This document shows positions 30,220 to 43,440 of a stretch of 64,000 nt of DNA, one piece after another. The notes beneath the pieces were generated by a model. That model ran no database searches. It worked only from the letters and a program-made list of their open reading frames with translations, and was not told the origin of the DNA. The stretch is taken from NCBI RefSeq assembly GCF_009914755.1, contig NC_060925.1. One strand, written 5' to 3'. The translations under genes and the position numbers were made by a program. Each line of letters begins with the position of its first letter. Positions within the stretch are counted from its first letter, which is position 1. The DNA comes from the human T2T-CHM13v2.0 reference genome, Homo sapiens.

Positions 30220-32061
30220 AAAAACCCTTCCAATGCTCCTCAGTGCCCCTAGAATAAGCTTCTAGACCCTCAGCCCTGCCGGCATGCCCATTCCCATCTT
30301 TCTAGCGCCCTCTGAGACCCTTCGCCCTCCTATCCACTCTGAAGATGCGGAGGACCTACCTTGACCTTCCCCCTATGCCATGAACATGGCGGGGGGGCCC
30401 TCTCCTCATTCCAGACCCAGCTCTGGCATCACTCTTCTAGAGGTGGTCCCAGAGCATCCGTGTCAAAAATCCCCGTCCCAGTTCCCAGCTTCATCCCTGT
30501 CTACTTCCTTCATGACGTTTATCACAGTTTATAGCTATTTTATTATTTGTTCCTTTCCTTTTTGGTCCACGTCCCCCACTACAGTGTAACCTCTACAAGG
30601 CGAGAAACTCTGCCCACCTGTCACTGGTGTGTCCGCAGTGCCAGCTCAGAGGCTGGCAGGCAGAGCCGCTCATTAATATATGCTGGCTGTGACCTTGCCA
30701 TTCCCAGTAGTTCCGATACCTCCAAATTCCGAGATTACAAACATCCCACTCTTCAAATACCACATCCAACATGTCTCTCCGCCCCACTCCTCCAATTTCC
30801 CCTGATGCCCCTGAGACTACAAGCCCCCAGTGCTCAGGGGGCCCCTTCCCAATCCTCAGACTTTCTGGCCCTGTCTCAGTTCATCATGCTCACTGGGGGA
30901 AACCACAATGCTGGGGAAACCCAGCCCTTGCCTTGCCCCTTGTCCATACCTGTGCAGCCGGAGAGACACCTGCGGGTGTGCTGATGTCACGGTTCAAGTT
31001 TTTAACCTCATGTGGGCCCATGATACTGCCCGGTCAGGTGCTGGTGGTCCCCGTCCACGCTTCCCATTCTCCAAGGTGACTCTTAAGTACCTTCACCCTC
31101 TCTCAAGCCCCCAACACTCCTCCCGCCCTCTCTCTTAGCTGTTGACCTTGCCAGGTAGAGATAATTGAAGGAGAACTTCCTCCAGCTCCTCCTGCCAGAT
31201 CTGCCACTTTCTTTCTGGTCCCTGTGAGGCCCTGGCTCTGTCCACTGCTGCTCTTGGTCCTGCCTCCTGGGTTTCTGGCACCGGTCTTTCTCTCCTCCCT
31301 GGATCTTCCCGTCAGCATACAAACATGCCACGATTTCTCCCATCTTAAAGACCCTCTCTAGACCTCTCCCTCCTCCAAGCCAGGCCCCCTCCTCTCTTTC
31401 TCATTTGCAGGCAGACTCTTGGAGAGCCGTCCACAGGGCTGAGTGCTGTGGGCGCTTCTCAGTCCTCGCCCTTGCCTGTCGGCAGCCTGTGACGTGGCTG
31501 ATTGCCCCTCTCTGTGACGCATTTCCTTCCCTTCGTGCCACCTCACACTGGCTTCCTTTCCTCTCACCACTGGGGCTGCCCTTTCTCTTCCTCAGTTTCC
31601 CCCCACTCTGAATTCTGTCTTGCTCCTGGGCTCTGTCCTTGGATTCCCTGTCTGCCACTTGTGTGCAGACTCACATCTCTAAATGTAGCTTCCCGCCATG
31701 TGCCTGCGGGCTGGACTTCCCGTCTGAGCTCCCAACTCACCGTCCAGCTGCTTCTCGGGAACCTCCACTTGTCTCGGGTATAGAACCTGAGTGTCTGTAA
31801 TCTCTCCCCACATCTGATCTGGCTGCTGCTTCCCAGTAATGCCAACTTCATCCTGCTAGTGTCTTGGGCCAAAAGCCTTGGGATCATCCCTGAGTCCCCT
31901 CTCGTCTCCACACGTCCAGACCTTCAACAAACCCTGTGGCCGTGACTTCAAAACACACTCGTCCCTCATTGCCTTGTGCCGCACCTCCTCCGTGCCAGCA
32001 CTTCTCGCTGGGGAAGTTGCAGACCCTTCTACCATTCTCCAGGCCCTGCCTTTGCCCTTCT

Positions 32062-32096
<35 letters not shown>

Positions 32097-32440
32097 AGAT
32101 AGAGTCTCGCCAGCCTGTTGCTCAGGCTGGAGTGCAGTGGCACGGTGTTATCTCACTGCAACCTCTGCCTCCCAGGTTCGAGATTCTCATGCCTTAGCCT
32201 CCTGAGTAGGGATTACAGAAGTGTACCACCATGCCCGGCTAATTTTTGTATTTTTAGTACAGATGGGGTTTCGCCATGTTGACCAGGCTGGTCTTGAACT
32301 CCTGGTCTCAAGTGATCCACCCACTTCAGTCTCTCAAAGTGCTGGGATTACAGGCGTGAGCCACCACACCTGGCCCCTTTGTCCTTCTTGAGTCTTTTCT
32401 CAACCCGGAAGCCAGAGCCATTCTGCTAAGATCAGGCCTG
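30220..32440 (+). mobile_element. L2 fragments (approx. 30220-30690 and 31090-32440)
   Basis: Pyrimidine-rich degenerate L2 motifs: cccttccaatgctcctcagtgccc, atttctcccatcttaaa, gccaaaagccttgggatcatccctgagtcc. Confidence 0.6.
32063..32374 (-). mobile_element. Alu (AluS-like)
   Basis: Full length; TSD cctttgcccttctt / cctttgtccttctt. Confidence 0.95.
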
Positions 32441-34509
32441 GCCGTCCTCAGTGCTTAGGTAAGCAGAGTGTGGCTCAGCTGTGCACTGTTCCTGGCTGCA
32501 GGTGGCAGAGGTGGAGTCAGGGATGGAGCCAGGAGTTGAACTTTGGAGTGCTGGACTCACCGCCCCCCTGGTGTGGACAAGCCCCTCTGTGATCTGCTGG
32601 TTCTACATTGTGTTCTTGGTGAGGAGGGCAAGGATACTTTTGCAATTCTCAACTTCTGGGAGCTGGCGGAACTTCCCTTCCTGTCTTGCCTCCACTCCTC
32701 AAGGCCTCAAACTATCCCATAATGCTCGGCTTCCTTGTGACTCCTCTTCTTCAACCCCAACGACAAGCAGCCAGCTGAGAGCCTCCTCCAAAGTCAGAGA
32801 CAAGGAGCTTGGCAGTGGACCTGCTGCCAGAGGCAAGGCCGTGATCTTGGAACATGGAAGCCCAGCACATTTGCTTGTCCTAAAAATACAGTTCTTAAAA
32901 TAGACCAGTCCATGTGGGAGATAGGGAACCTGTCGAGTGCGGTTCTGAAGGGCTTGCTCTGCCAAGGGGACCGGCTGGCTGGGGCAGCGCCTGGGCAGGG
33001 CTGTGTGCCTCAGAGGGTGCCCTCAGCCGTGGCAGAAGCCACAGCCTGGGTTTGGGGTACCCTGTCTGGCTCTTGTTCTTCAAACCCCATCCAGAGGCAG
33101 GCCGGTCTCTTACCTGCTCGATGTCTGCACATAGGGAAACCTGAGTTGAAGCCGAGCCTTGGGTTAGGCCCTGCAAAAGCTGCAAACAACAGTTTGTGTT
33201 TGGGGTGTGAGGCTATAAACAGCCCAGGAGTCCTGAGGGGGTTGGAGAGTTGGTCAACCGTGAACAAGCTGGAGACTGGCTCCTTCTTCCTGGGGATCCC
33301 AGCGCCCACTACAAAGGTGAACTCCTTTTTGCTCCCTGCCCCAGCCTGCCCCATTAGACAGGGCATGGTGAGGCGAATGGCTGCAGGGACTGAGGCCTTT
33401 CTGTAACTAAAGCCCAGCCCAAGTATAGGGAGCAATGGCCGAGCTTCTGTTTTAAGGCAGCAAAACAGCGTGCGAGCTTGGTCCCTTAACACGGAGTCTG
33501 GAATTGTTTCTCATAACCCAACGCTTGGCTCGGTTTCAAAAAGGAAGCCTCTCCTCTCGGGTATCATGACCAGGCTCCTCGTAAGAGGTGGGACTCAGCC
33601 GAGGGGGCCAGTCTAGAGGTTACACATTCTGAGCTACCTTTCGGGGTCTGTGGACCCTCTCAGACCCTGCAGCATGTCGGGGGCCGGGTGGGGGAGCGGG
33701 TGGTGGCATCAGTGGGTTTCTGATGAATGCCTGGAGTTGTTTGTATAATTGGGGCTCTGTGTGTCTTTTTTTGGAGGAAGAGCTTCTTTCACATTCCCTG
33801 ACTCAAAAACCACAAGCTAAATGATCTGTACATTGTCCTCCAACTCTGAGAGCCTCTGATCCTATTATTCCAAGTCAAGAAATTTTGAAAATTACAGGAT
33901 AGAATTCTTTCTCAGAACAGATGCTAGGGATTTGTAAGTTTCCATTCCCTGTGCTGCCCTGGTTTGCTGGATGGACGGATGTCTTGGAATTTTCAAGACC
34001 TCCAGTCCTCAAAGAGGTTCTTCTCACCTGCTGTCCTGGTGAGCTGCATGGGCCTCCCTCCATGGTGACTGTGTTGTTGGACCGAGTGGGATCAGTTGAG
34101 TGGGAGGCGCTAATGACCGGATTTCCTACGTTGTCCCCTGCTCCCCTGACTCTATTCCTCACTGAGCCAGACAGACTCACCGCTTCCAGTGTCTGTGGCA
34201 TGTTCCCACTGTCCACCCTCACGGTTCACATTTTCTGGAATGTTCTGCTCTTCCCCCTGTCCAGGTCCTGTGTGTCTTCAGGGTCTGGTCAGATGTCTTC
34301 CGGTGAGGCTGCAGCTAAACTTAGCCTGCCCAGCCTGCCTCTCCTCTGAATGCACATAGTGTTGACATTTTTTTCAGTTTAAAAAATTTTATTTTAAAAA
34401 TGATCTTACAGTTAAATTGACGTTTTTGGGGCTGTGCCGTTCCATGACTTTTAACCCATGTTAGCACTGCCACAAGTAAGGGACAGGGCAGCTCCACCAC
34501 ATCCTGCAG

Positions 34510-34954
34510 TGTATTCGTCTGTTTTCGCATTGCTATAAAGAACTACCTGAGACTGGGCAATTTATATAGAAAAAAGGTTTAATTGGCTCACATTTCTGCA
34601 GGCTGTACAGGAAGCGTGGCTGGGGAGGCCTCAGGAAACTTAGGATCGTGGCGGAAGGCAAAGGGGAAGCAGGCATGTCCTGCATGGCTGAGGAGGCCTC
34701 AGGAAACTTACAATCATGGCAGAAGGCGAAGGGGAAGCAGGCATGTCCTGCATGGCTGGAGCAGGAGGAAGAGGGTGAAGGGACAGGTGCTGCACACCTT
34801 CAAACAGCCGGATCTCCTGAGAACTCACTATCATGAGAACAGCAAGAGGGAATCCTCCCCTATGATTCAGTCACCTCCCCCAGGCTCTTCCTCCAACATT
34901 GGGGATTACAGTTTGACATGAGATTTGGGTGGGACACAGAGCCAAACCATGTCA
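34510..34954. mobile_element. MST solo LTR with internal 68-bp tandem duplication
   Basis: TG...CA ends; 5-bp TSD tgcag at 34505-34509 and 34955-34959; inserted in an old L1 3' fragment. Confidence 0.92.
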
Positions 34955-35415
34955 TGCAGCCACACCCTGCCCCATCCTAACCCCCCAAAATCACTCATCT
35001 CTGCTCTGCCACCATGGGTTGGTCTTTTTGAGAATGTCAGATGCAGGCTGGCTTCTTTCCCTCAGCCTGACACCCGTGAGAGCCGTCTGAGTTGGTGTAT
35101 GTGTCAACAGTTGGTTCCTTTCAGTGGCTGGGTACGCGTCCTGTCTTATCCACATGTTCTCTTGGTGAATTTTGCCTCATTGTGTGCATGTCCTATGTCA
35201 CTAGATGCAGGGAGGCAAGGGCAGCATGTGGTTCATTTTTATAACCTTTCAAATGCTCTGCAAACAGTAGGTGCTCAGCTGTCGAATGGGTGAATGAATG
35301 GACCACAATGGGTAACAGGAAGGGGAAATTAATTTTACAGAATTTTGTATTTCCTATATCCTAAAAAATCTCCAGTAAACATAACCCTTAATTTCCTGAA
35401 TTAAAAATGATTCAT

Positions 35416-35729
35416 GCTGGGCGTGGTGGCTCATGCCTGTAATCCCAGCACTTGGGGAAGCCAAGGCAGGTAGATCACTTGAGGTCAGGGATTCAAGACC
35501 AGCCTGGCTAACATGGGGAAACCCCATCTCTACCAACAATACAAAAAATTAGCCTTGCGTGGTGGCAGACACCTGTAATCCCAGCTACATGGGAGGCTGA
35601 GACAGGAGAATCACTTGAACCCAGGAGGTTGGAGGTTGCAGTGAGCTGAGATTGCACCACTGCACTCCAGCCTGAGTGACAGAGCGAGCCTGTCTCAAAA
35701 GAAAAAAAAAAAAAGGAAAAGAAAAAAAA
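35416..35729 (+). mobile_element. Alu (AluS-like)
   Basis: Full length; TSD aaaaatgattcat / aaaaagattcat. Confidence 0.95.
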
Positions 35730-36824
35730 GATTCATTGCCTCTCTGTATTCTGTTAGTAGCCGAGACAGGAGAAAAAGCAATCAAGGTAACCTAATAACA
35801 GGGATTTCCTTCTCCAGACTCCCTCCCTGCCTACTCACCTTTCTGTCTCTTTTTCTGGTAAGTATTTCCCTGGCCATGTCCTGGGACCTGTACACAGGTG
35901 CCCACTTCTTACACCCCACCACTGGGAGTCTTCGACAGCTCTCACACAGAAGAGGAATACTGTGGTCCTGGAAGTTGCTAGGTAGGCCCCGAGTCCCAGT
36001 TGTTTCATTTCTCAGGACCTCCTGGTGCTACAGAAGAATGAAACAGGCCCCAGACTGGAAGTTGCCACACATGCCTTGTGATGCTGGCTCTGATGGGCCT
36101 TGCTGTGTGATCTTGCTTAAGTTGCTTCCCCTTTCTGGTCTTTATTTTCATTACCTTATTTTGTACCCATTGATTAAAAGATGAATCTGAAAGAGATGGT
36201 TTCTGTAGTCTCTTCAAGCTCTGAAACAATATGATTTTGTGAACTCACATACTCATACAGACATAAACACAAGGAGGATTTGCTAATGAACTTCTTCGTT
36301 CTTTGCTAAATATAAATGCCTTGCTTGTGACCACAGAGGTTCAGGTGCTCCGTCAGCGAGTATTTAAGTACCTACTATGTGTAGGTTTCAAACTTGAGGC
36401 TTTAAGTGTTTGTAGGAAATGGAAACACTGTCTGATGTCTTTCTAGTCTTTAAATGAGGAGTGGAGAGGTAAGGAAGAGGTGCGTGTTATCATGGCCCTG
36501 TCTCATTTGTATGCATCAGTCCTCTTTTTCTTCTGCTTCCTTTCCTGGGATCGCCACATTCTTGTTGGTGTCTTACAGACAAACCTGTTCAGGACTGAAT
36601 GACCAAGTGCCCCAGAAACATGGGTTGGTGTGGGTGGTGCCCAAGCCTGACCCCTGCCTGTTTTCTCATACACGGTTCACGTTGCCCCCAGCAGAAGTGG
36701 AGAGTAAGGGGCTCACTGGCTATTTCTCCAAAATGCGTTGGTTGGTGTGGAATTGGGTACAACCTGGTACTTTCTGTGAGTGTTGAGGGCCTGCTCCTCC
36801 AGGCCATGGGCCATGCCTTCCAAG

Positions 36825-36993
36825 GTTTTTTGTTTTTTTTTTCTGAGACATGGTTTCACTGTCACCCAGGCTGTAGCACAGTGGTGCGATCTTGGCTCGC
36901 TGCAGCCTTGACCTCCAAGGGCTCAAGCCATCCTCCCGCCTCAGCCTCCTGGGTACCTGGGACCACAGGTGTGCGGCACCACGCCTGGCTAAT
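36825..36993 (-). mobile_element. Old Alu right monomer (AluJ/FRAM-like)
   Basis: gctgcagccttgacctcc ... gggctcaagccatcctcccgcc; ends at the linker ggctaat. Confidence 0.88.
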
Positions 36994-37006
36994 GCCAGGG
37001 CTTTTT

Positions 37007-37356
<350 letters not shown>

Positions 37357-39237
37357 TGAATGAAGACACAGATAGTGAGGGACACGGACCTACTGGTGGC
37401 TCGCAGTGCTTATGATGGAGGGGTTGAATGTCTTTTGTCTCCAGCAGGCTTGCCTTGAGGAGAGACACCATTTTGCCATCATCTTTACCCCCAGAAAGAA
37501 CAGGTGGGGAGATTTGTGTAGGACTCTTTTTCCCCATATGGAGAACTCTATGGCCATTTTACAAACATTCCCCATCCTTCCAAATCCTCTCTCCCGCTTC
37601 TCCTTGCCAAGTTTACACTGCCAATTATACTAGACTAGCAACAAGGAGCTTGGAGAGAAGGGCTGCTTTTAGAGATGCCATTCCAAGTGCCAACAAGGTG
37701 TTCTCGATAACCGGAATCAGCACCGCTCTCCTTCCTGTCATGTAGCCCTGGTAACCACAGAGCATGTTTATGCTCGGGGAGTCTATTTCCCGTTGTTGGG
37801 GTCGGAACCATTCCTGGAGTCATTTCTTGGTTTTAATGCTCATCCTTTCCCTTTCCAGCCATTAAAGCTTCTGGCCTAGAAAAGCCTGTCTGGCTAGCCT
37901 GACCTGGTGCTCCGTTTCTGTTATCTCTGATCAGCAGCGGGGAGGGCACTGTGGACAGAAACATGTTAGAGAAGGCCCGTCTGCAGAGGGGCCCGAAGAG
38001 ACCCGAGGACACCCTCCTGGCTGCAGGGTGCCTGTTCCTTCCCTGGCTCTGTGCACCTCCATCCTGGCAAGAGGGCCTTGGTGGGCGGGGTGGATGCCCG
38101 CATGCCTTTGGTGCTACCATGACAAGGTGGCCCTGGCCCGGGAGTGGAGCGGTGCCTGGGTTCCGCGAAATGCCTCAGAGCCATGACTTTCTGCTTCTCA
38201 CAGCTTCTTTAACTCAGTCTCTTAGTCTTCCCCTGAACTCGCGGACACTCGGGTTCTCTGACCAGCATGTTAAGGGTTGGGCTGGGCAGCCTCTGCAAAG
38301 GTCTTCTTTACTGTCAACTTGAACAGTTTCCATAAGGTTGTGTCGGGGACACCTAGAAATAGGTTCCTTTGAACAACAGTATGCTCGTTGACTACCAAGA
38401 CCTTCCAAAAGAGTGAGAGATTGGGTTGGGGATGGGATTTCAGGCTGTGTGTGTAAATTCAGCATGATCCTCCATGTGGAGAGGAGACACACTGGTGAGG
38501 GCAGCTCCTGGTGGTGGGGCAGGGGTCACAAAGCTCTGAAATGAACAGTGAAGTCGTGGAGGGGCCCTTTAGCAGAACCCAGGATTGGGGCACCAGCGAC
38601 CCTTTCCTTCCCAGGGGGAAAGTGGTTCACTGCCAGAAATGCTTTAGAATCGTTAGAGGACAGGAGATCAGCTACACAGATGATGAAACTGAAAGCCAGG
38701 GTCTGTTTGTTCTGCTGCTGAGCAAACTTGGTAAAAATGTTCATCGAGATGGAAAACAAGAACACAGACACACTGTGAGCCTTTTGACCTTTGCCTTTGA
38801 CCCGGAAATGTGACTGTTTCCTGGAGAAAGTGAGTTCACCTGTGTCCCTGTGCCTGTGCCTGCCACAGCCCCGCCCGGCTCCCCGGCACCTGCTCCGACT
38901 CCAGCTCTCATGGAAGCAGTGTTTTGCGATGAAGTCTTGGAAGCCAACAGCTCTCCTTTCTCCTCTTTCCCATGTGTGGTGTTTGTGATTCCAGAAATAA
39001 GTTGGGCTCCACCCTCAGAGTGGCAAGCATTGATGGTTTCTCATTCAGGGGCTCACTGGGGATTGCCTGAAGCCAATGCTGGCATGGCTGGGCTGCCTGT
39101 TTCTCCAGGAGGGCCGTGATGGCACATTTGTGTCAATATTACCTGCAGAAGAACTTTCCATCTTTTATAACAGGCAATTCTGTTCAGGAGTATGAATTGG
39201 AGCCAATTAGGGCTAAAAGTAGATTCCAAAATATATA

Positions 39238-39600
39238 CAGTTATATGGCATATTACGATGTTTTGGTCAACAACTGATTGCATATACCACAGTGGTCCCA
39301 TAAGATGCTAACGCTATATTTTTACTATATCTTTTCTATGTTTAGATATGTTTAGATACACACATACTTACCATGTGTAACAGTTGCCTACAGTATTCAG
39401 TATAGCAACATGCTGCACAGGTTTGTAGCCCAGGAGCCATAGGCTGGATGAGTCTAGCCTGGGAGGGTAGGAGGCTATCCCCTCTAGGTTTGTGTAAGTA
39501 TGCACTTTGTGTAAGTACACTATGATGTTCACACAATGACAAGATCGCCTAATGACACATTTCTCAGAATGTATCCTTGTCATTATGGGACGCAGGACTG
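39238..39600. mobile_element. Tigger3a/MER7-type Tc1/mariner MITE
   Basis: TA flanks; TIR-like cagttatatggcatattacga ... tcattatgggacgcaggactg; internal atgtttagatatgtttagatacac. Confidence 0.88.
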
Positions 39601-40629
39601 TATAGGCAACAAACAGATAAATTGACAAATGATTTCTGACCACCCCCTACTGTAGGCTGAGGGCTCATGCCCCTCTGAGGGCTCCTGTAGGAGGCTCTCC
39701 TGCCTCTGATTCAGTGCTGGGGGCAGAGGGGGCTGCAAATTGTGGGCTTAGCCTTGAGCTGCGATATGGGGCAAGATGATGACATGGGGAAGGACCATGA
39801 TCAGAGACAGAGCTGGAGAGGGACCAGGGCTGACCCCAATGCCACAGGAAGTGGCTGGAGTTGTTCTACCCTGGAGGGACCGGAGCTGGGGCTTACTCTC
39901 ACCAGGGTGTTGTACAGAGGCAGGTGATCCCCTGATTGTCCCCACTGGGCCACCAGGCAGCCCTCACCTGTCCTTGGGCTAGAAGAGCACTTCTTCTCCA
40001 TCCCAGGCTTAGGCAGTGCTTGTGCATCCTGCAGGGGTGTGGGCCACCCCGGCCTCGGTGCACCCTGCTTTTGACCATTCTTCGTGCTGGAGGCGAGGAG
40101 TGAGTCTGGGGACCTGCCCGGGGGCTCCATGGCTGACACAGCTGGCCATACAACTGCAGGTGTCAGAGATGTTTTGAGAAACTCCCTTCAGGGCAATCAA
40201 GCCCTTGCCAAGTGGATTCACTCTGCATTTACATGGGTGGCTTCTGAACGTGGCCGTGATGAATTGTGCTCCGGCAGGGCCTCGGCAGTGAAAAATGGGG
40301 CGGTGCGATGGAGTAGGAAGGTGCGGGGTCTCTGCTGGGCTGGAGCCTGCACCTGAACCGGGAGTCTGGAGCCACTGGAAACAGTGGGTGCCTCCGCCAG
40401 CCCCGGGGGAATGCACAGATGTGCCCTCATCGCTCAGCTTCTCTCTTTGTCTGTCTGCTCCCTTCATGTGCATCGTCTTTTTCTGATTTTCCCTCTGTCT
40501 CTCCAGGCTGAAATGCAGCATCAAACACACGCTCTCCTGCTTTCTTGCTTTGTCTCTCTTACACTTCTCTTCCCTTCTTTCTTATTCGATTTTTAAATTA
40601 TAATCAAAACCACTGGACAGTGAGCACGG

Positions 40630-40785
40630 GCAGGAGGGACATTGGATGAGGGTGGATGTGTCACTGTCTTGATTGCGGTGACAGTTTCCCAGGCATGCGC
40701 ATGTGTCAAAACTTAGTGTTGCACACCTCAAATATGTGCAGTTCCTTGTGTGTCAGCTGTACCTTAATAAAGCTATATTTAAAAT
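40630..40785 (+). mobile_element. L1M (MC/MD-type) 3' terminus
   Basis: tcttgattgcggtgacagtttc ... atgtgcagtt ... taccttaataaagct. Confidence 0.75.
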
Positions 40786-40888
40786 CCCCCACTCATTTTG
40801 AGTAGGAAAGCAATGAGAAGATGTTTTTGAATATTTAACTTTTAGAAAAGCCTGTATTCTGCTTCCCTGTAAAGTAGAGGGAGACAGA

Positions 40889-40907
40889 GACCCAGCAGGG
40901 GGCATTT
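40889..40907 (+). promoter_or_regulatory. CTCF core-motif match
   Basis: CCAGCAGGGGGCA fits CCASYAGRKGGCR; motif only, occupancy unknown. Confidence 0.35.
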
Positions 40908-40959
40908 CTTTCTGGGGTTTGAGCACTGGAAGATCATTATTAACAGTGCAACAGCCACC

Positions 40960-41130
40960 GCCGTTCAGTGAGTGGTTTATTCGGTAGGACAAGCCTATGC
41001 AACAGCCCTTGCATTTGTCCCAGAGACTCAGGGAGGGTAAGCAAAGTGACCTGCCCAAGGCCACGCAGCTGGTCAGGGGCAAAGCTCTGCTTCCCAGCAG
41101 GTCTCCCGAGCGTGACTCCCCTCCAGTACT
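40960..41130 (-). mobile_element. MIR fragment
   Basis: aagtgacctgcccaaggccacgcagctggtcagggg. Confidence 0.7.
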
Positions 41131-41819
41131 AGTTGTGGGATGGGACAGATGCACCTGGGAGTGGCTGGCAGAGAGTGTGTTGGCAATTGTTTAGCACTTA
41201 CCCTTGAGATTTAGTTTGAGATTGAAGAAAAGATGGTCTCTGCTTCTCTGGCTCACAGGCAGTCACCCCCTTCCTTTCCTCCCTCAGCCACTTATGCATT
41301 CCCAGCAGGGTACCTTTGATGCTGGGGGAAGGACTCTTTATGATCCCTTCCCTCCAGACTTTGGCTGGCTGGCTGTTGAGGTGAGTGGAAAGGCCACAGG
41401 ATGACTCTGCCGTGGGTATTGGGTGGGCCAGTGGTAGGGGCTAGCTGTGCAATCAAGAGGCTATGAGGAGTGAGGTTTCCTCTTGGATTGGCCTTCTAAT
41501 TAGTCTAGGATGACATAAAGAAGCCTCTCTTTTAAAAAAAGGCAAATTTGGTCAGTTCTTGGTTTCCAGGGTTTTGGAATGTCCAGGCAAAATTGCCTTG
41601 GCACCTTCTGAAATCCTAGAGAGGTAGTGTAGCCCACTTGCTGGGGCTGACTTCTGTTGCCAGCGCCTCACCTCCATCTGATTGCAGGGTATTGGTTGGC
41701 CATATGCTTCAGGGATTTGAAGGAGGGTTACCTATGTCTAGGGCTTAACGTGTTCTTGGAGAATATTGGGCAAGAGTATGATTCCCTGAGTCTGGGGGAA
41801 GGAGGAGCTCCAGTGGAAC

Positions 41820-43440
41820 TTCCAGTCAAGATGCCAACTATGCATATGTGGGAATCTCTGTTCTCTCACTCTAAACCCATAGAAATGTTGGATTAGTTAT
41901 AATAGCAACAAAAACATAGCTGAATTCAAAGGTGAGGTTGGGAGATTTCCAGGTGCCGGAAGCCAGGATGAAATTTAGAGTGCAAGTCGAGTGGCCTTAC
42001 TGGAGTTTCCACAGTAAACCCCTTAAGGGCTGAGGTTTCACAGGCCCCAGGGAGCTGGAACCAAGTTTCTTGTACAAAACTGGGAACAAGAAGGGACTGT
42101 CTTTTCTGTCATCAAAAAATAGAAAAATTCTTCCCATTGGCTCAGGAACACGGTATACCCCAGTCCCCCAAGCCGTAGCTTCTAAGAGTTTCCTTCAAGA
42201 ACGAGGGATACCAAGCCTAAGCTGTATATAGATATGAGACCAAATCCTGCACTATCAATGTGGGCAGAAACTCCGAGCTGAGAACCTAACATAAAATTTG
42301 GTCCCGAATTAGTGGTACCCTTAAAGCTGTGTCAGATGTAAGCGTAAAACTTGTTATGGGGGATGATTCCTCAACACAAGGCACACATGAGATTCCCAGG
42401 GGAAAAACTGGGGGACTCCCAATGTAGATAAGCCCTTAGGCAAAAATTACAAAGCAGACTAGCAAATTGACCACCACGGGAGATAATCCACAAATGCTGT
42501 GAAAGGAGAATTTATGTTTCAGAAACTATAGACAACAGAGCAATCTGAGAAGGCTGTTAGATAGATCAGATATGTGTAAAATGTTTGAAGAGACAAGAAA
42601 TAAAATCCATAAGACTTGAATAGGAGATAATGGGATGAAACAAGTGGTTTTTTTTAAAAAAAGAATCAGTTATTCTAGAAATAAAACATGTAATAATTGC
42701 AATGAAAACAAAACAAGATGCCAAAACCCTTCTAATAGATGGGGATAAACAAAAGAATAGACATATTTGCTAAAGAATGAGTTAGTTAAGGCCAGGTGTG
42801 GTGGCTCACGCCTGTAATCCTAGCACTTTGGGAGGCTGAGGTGGGCAGATCACTTGAGGTCAGGAGTTTGAGACCAGCCTGACCAACATGGTGAAACCCT
42901 GTCTCTACTAAAAATACAAAAATTAGCCGGGCATGGTGGCAGGCGCCTGTAATCCCAGCTACTCAGGAGGCTGAGGCAGGAGAATTGCTTGAATCTGGCG
43001 GGGTGGAGCTTGCAGTGAGCCAAGATTGCGCCACGGCACTGCAGCCTGGGGGACAGAGCGAGACTCTGTCTCAAAAAAAAAAAAAAAAGAAAGAAAGAAA
43101 GAAAGAAAGAAATAGTTAAGCATAAGATGGTCCTGATGAGATCCACCGAACTGTGGTTTAGGGAAGTAAAGGCGGAAAATGTGCACATGAAGGTCCAGCA
43201 CATATCTAATGGGCATCTCAGAGGAGAAGACAGAGACAACAGGAGGGAGGCATGCTTGAAAGCAATACGGCTGGAGGAATAAAGACAGACGTAAGCCTTC
43301 CTACTGAAAATGAACATGGAATTGCAGGTGGAATAAATAAAAGCAAAAATCCATGTGTGGGCACATCAGGGTGAAACTACTGAACACCAGAGATAAAGAG
43401 ATACCTTAAAAAAACCACCAGGAAAACAGCGACAGTGAGA
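41820..43440 (+). mobile_element. Very old L1 5'UTR/ORF1-like remnant
   Basis: A-rich degenerate ORF1-like text (cacatcagggtgaaactactgaacaccagagataaagag). Confidence 0.55.
42790..43112 (+). mobile_element. Alu (AluSx-like) with A/(AAAG)n tail
   Basis: Full length; flanking tagttaag repeat. Confidence 0.96.
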
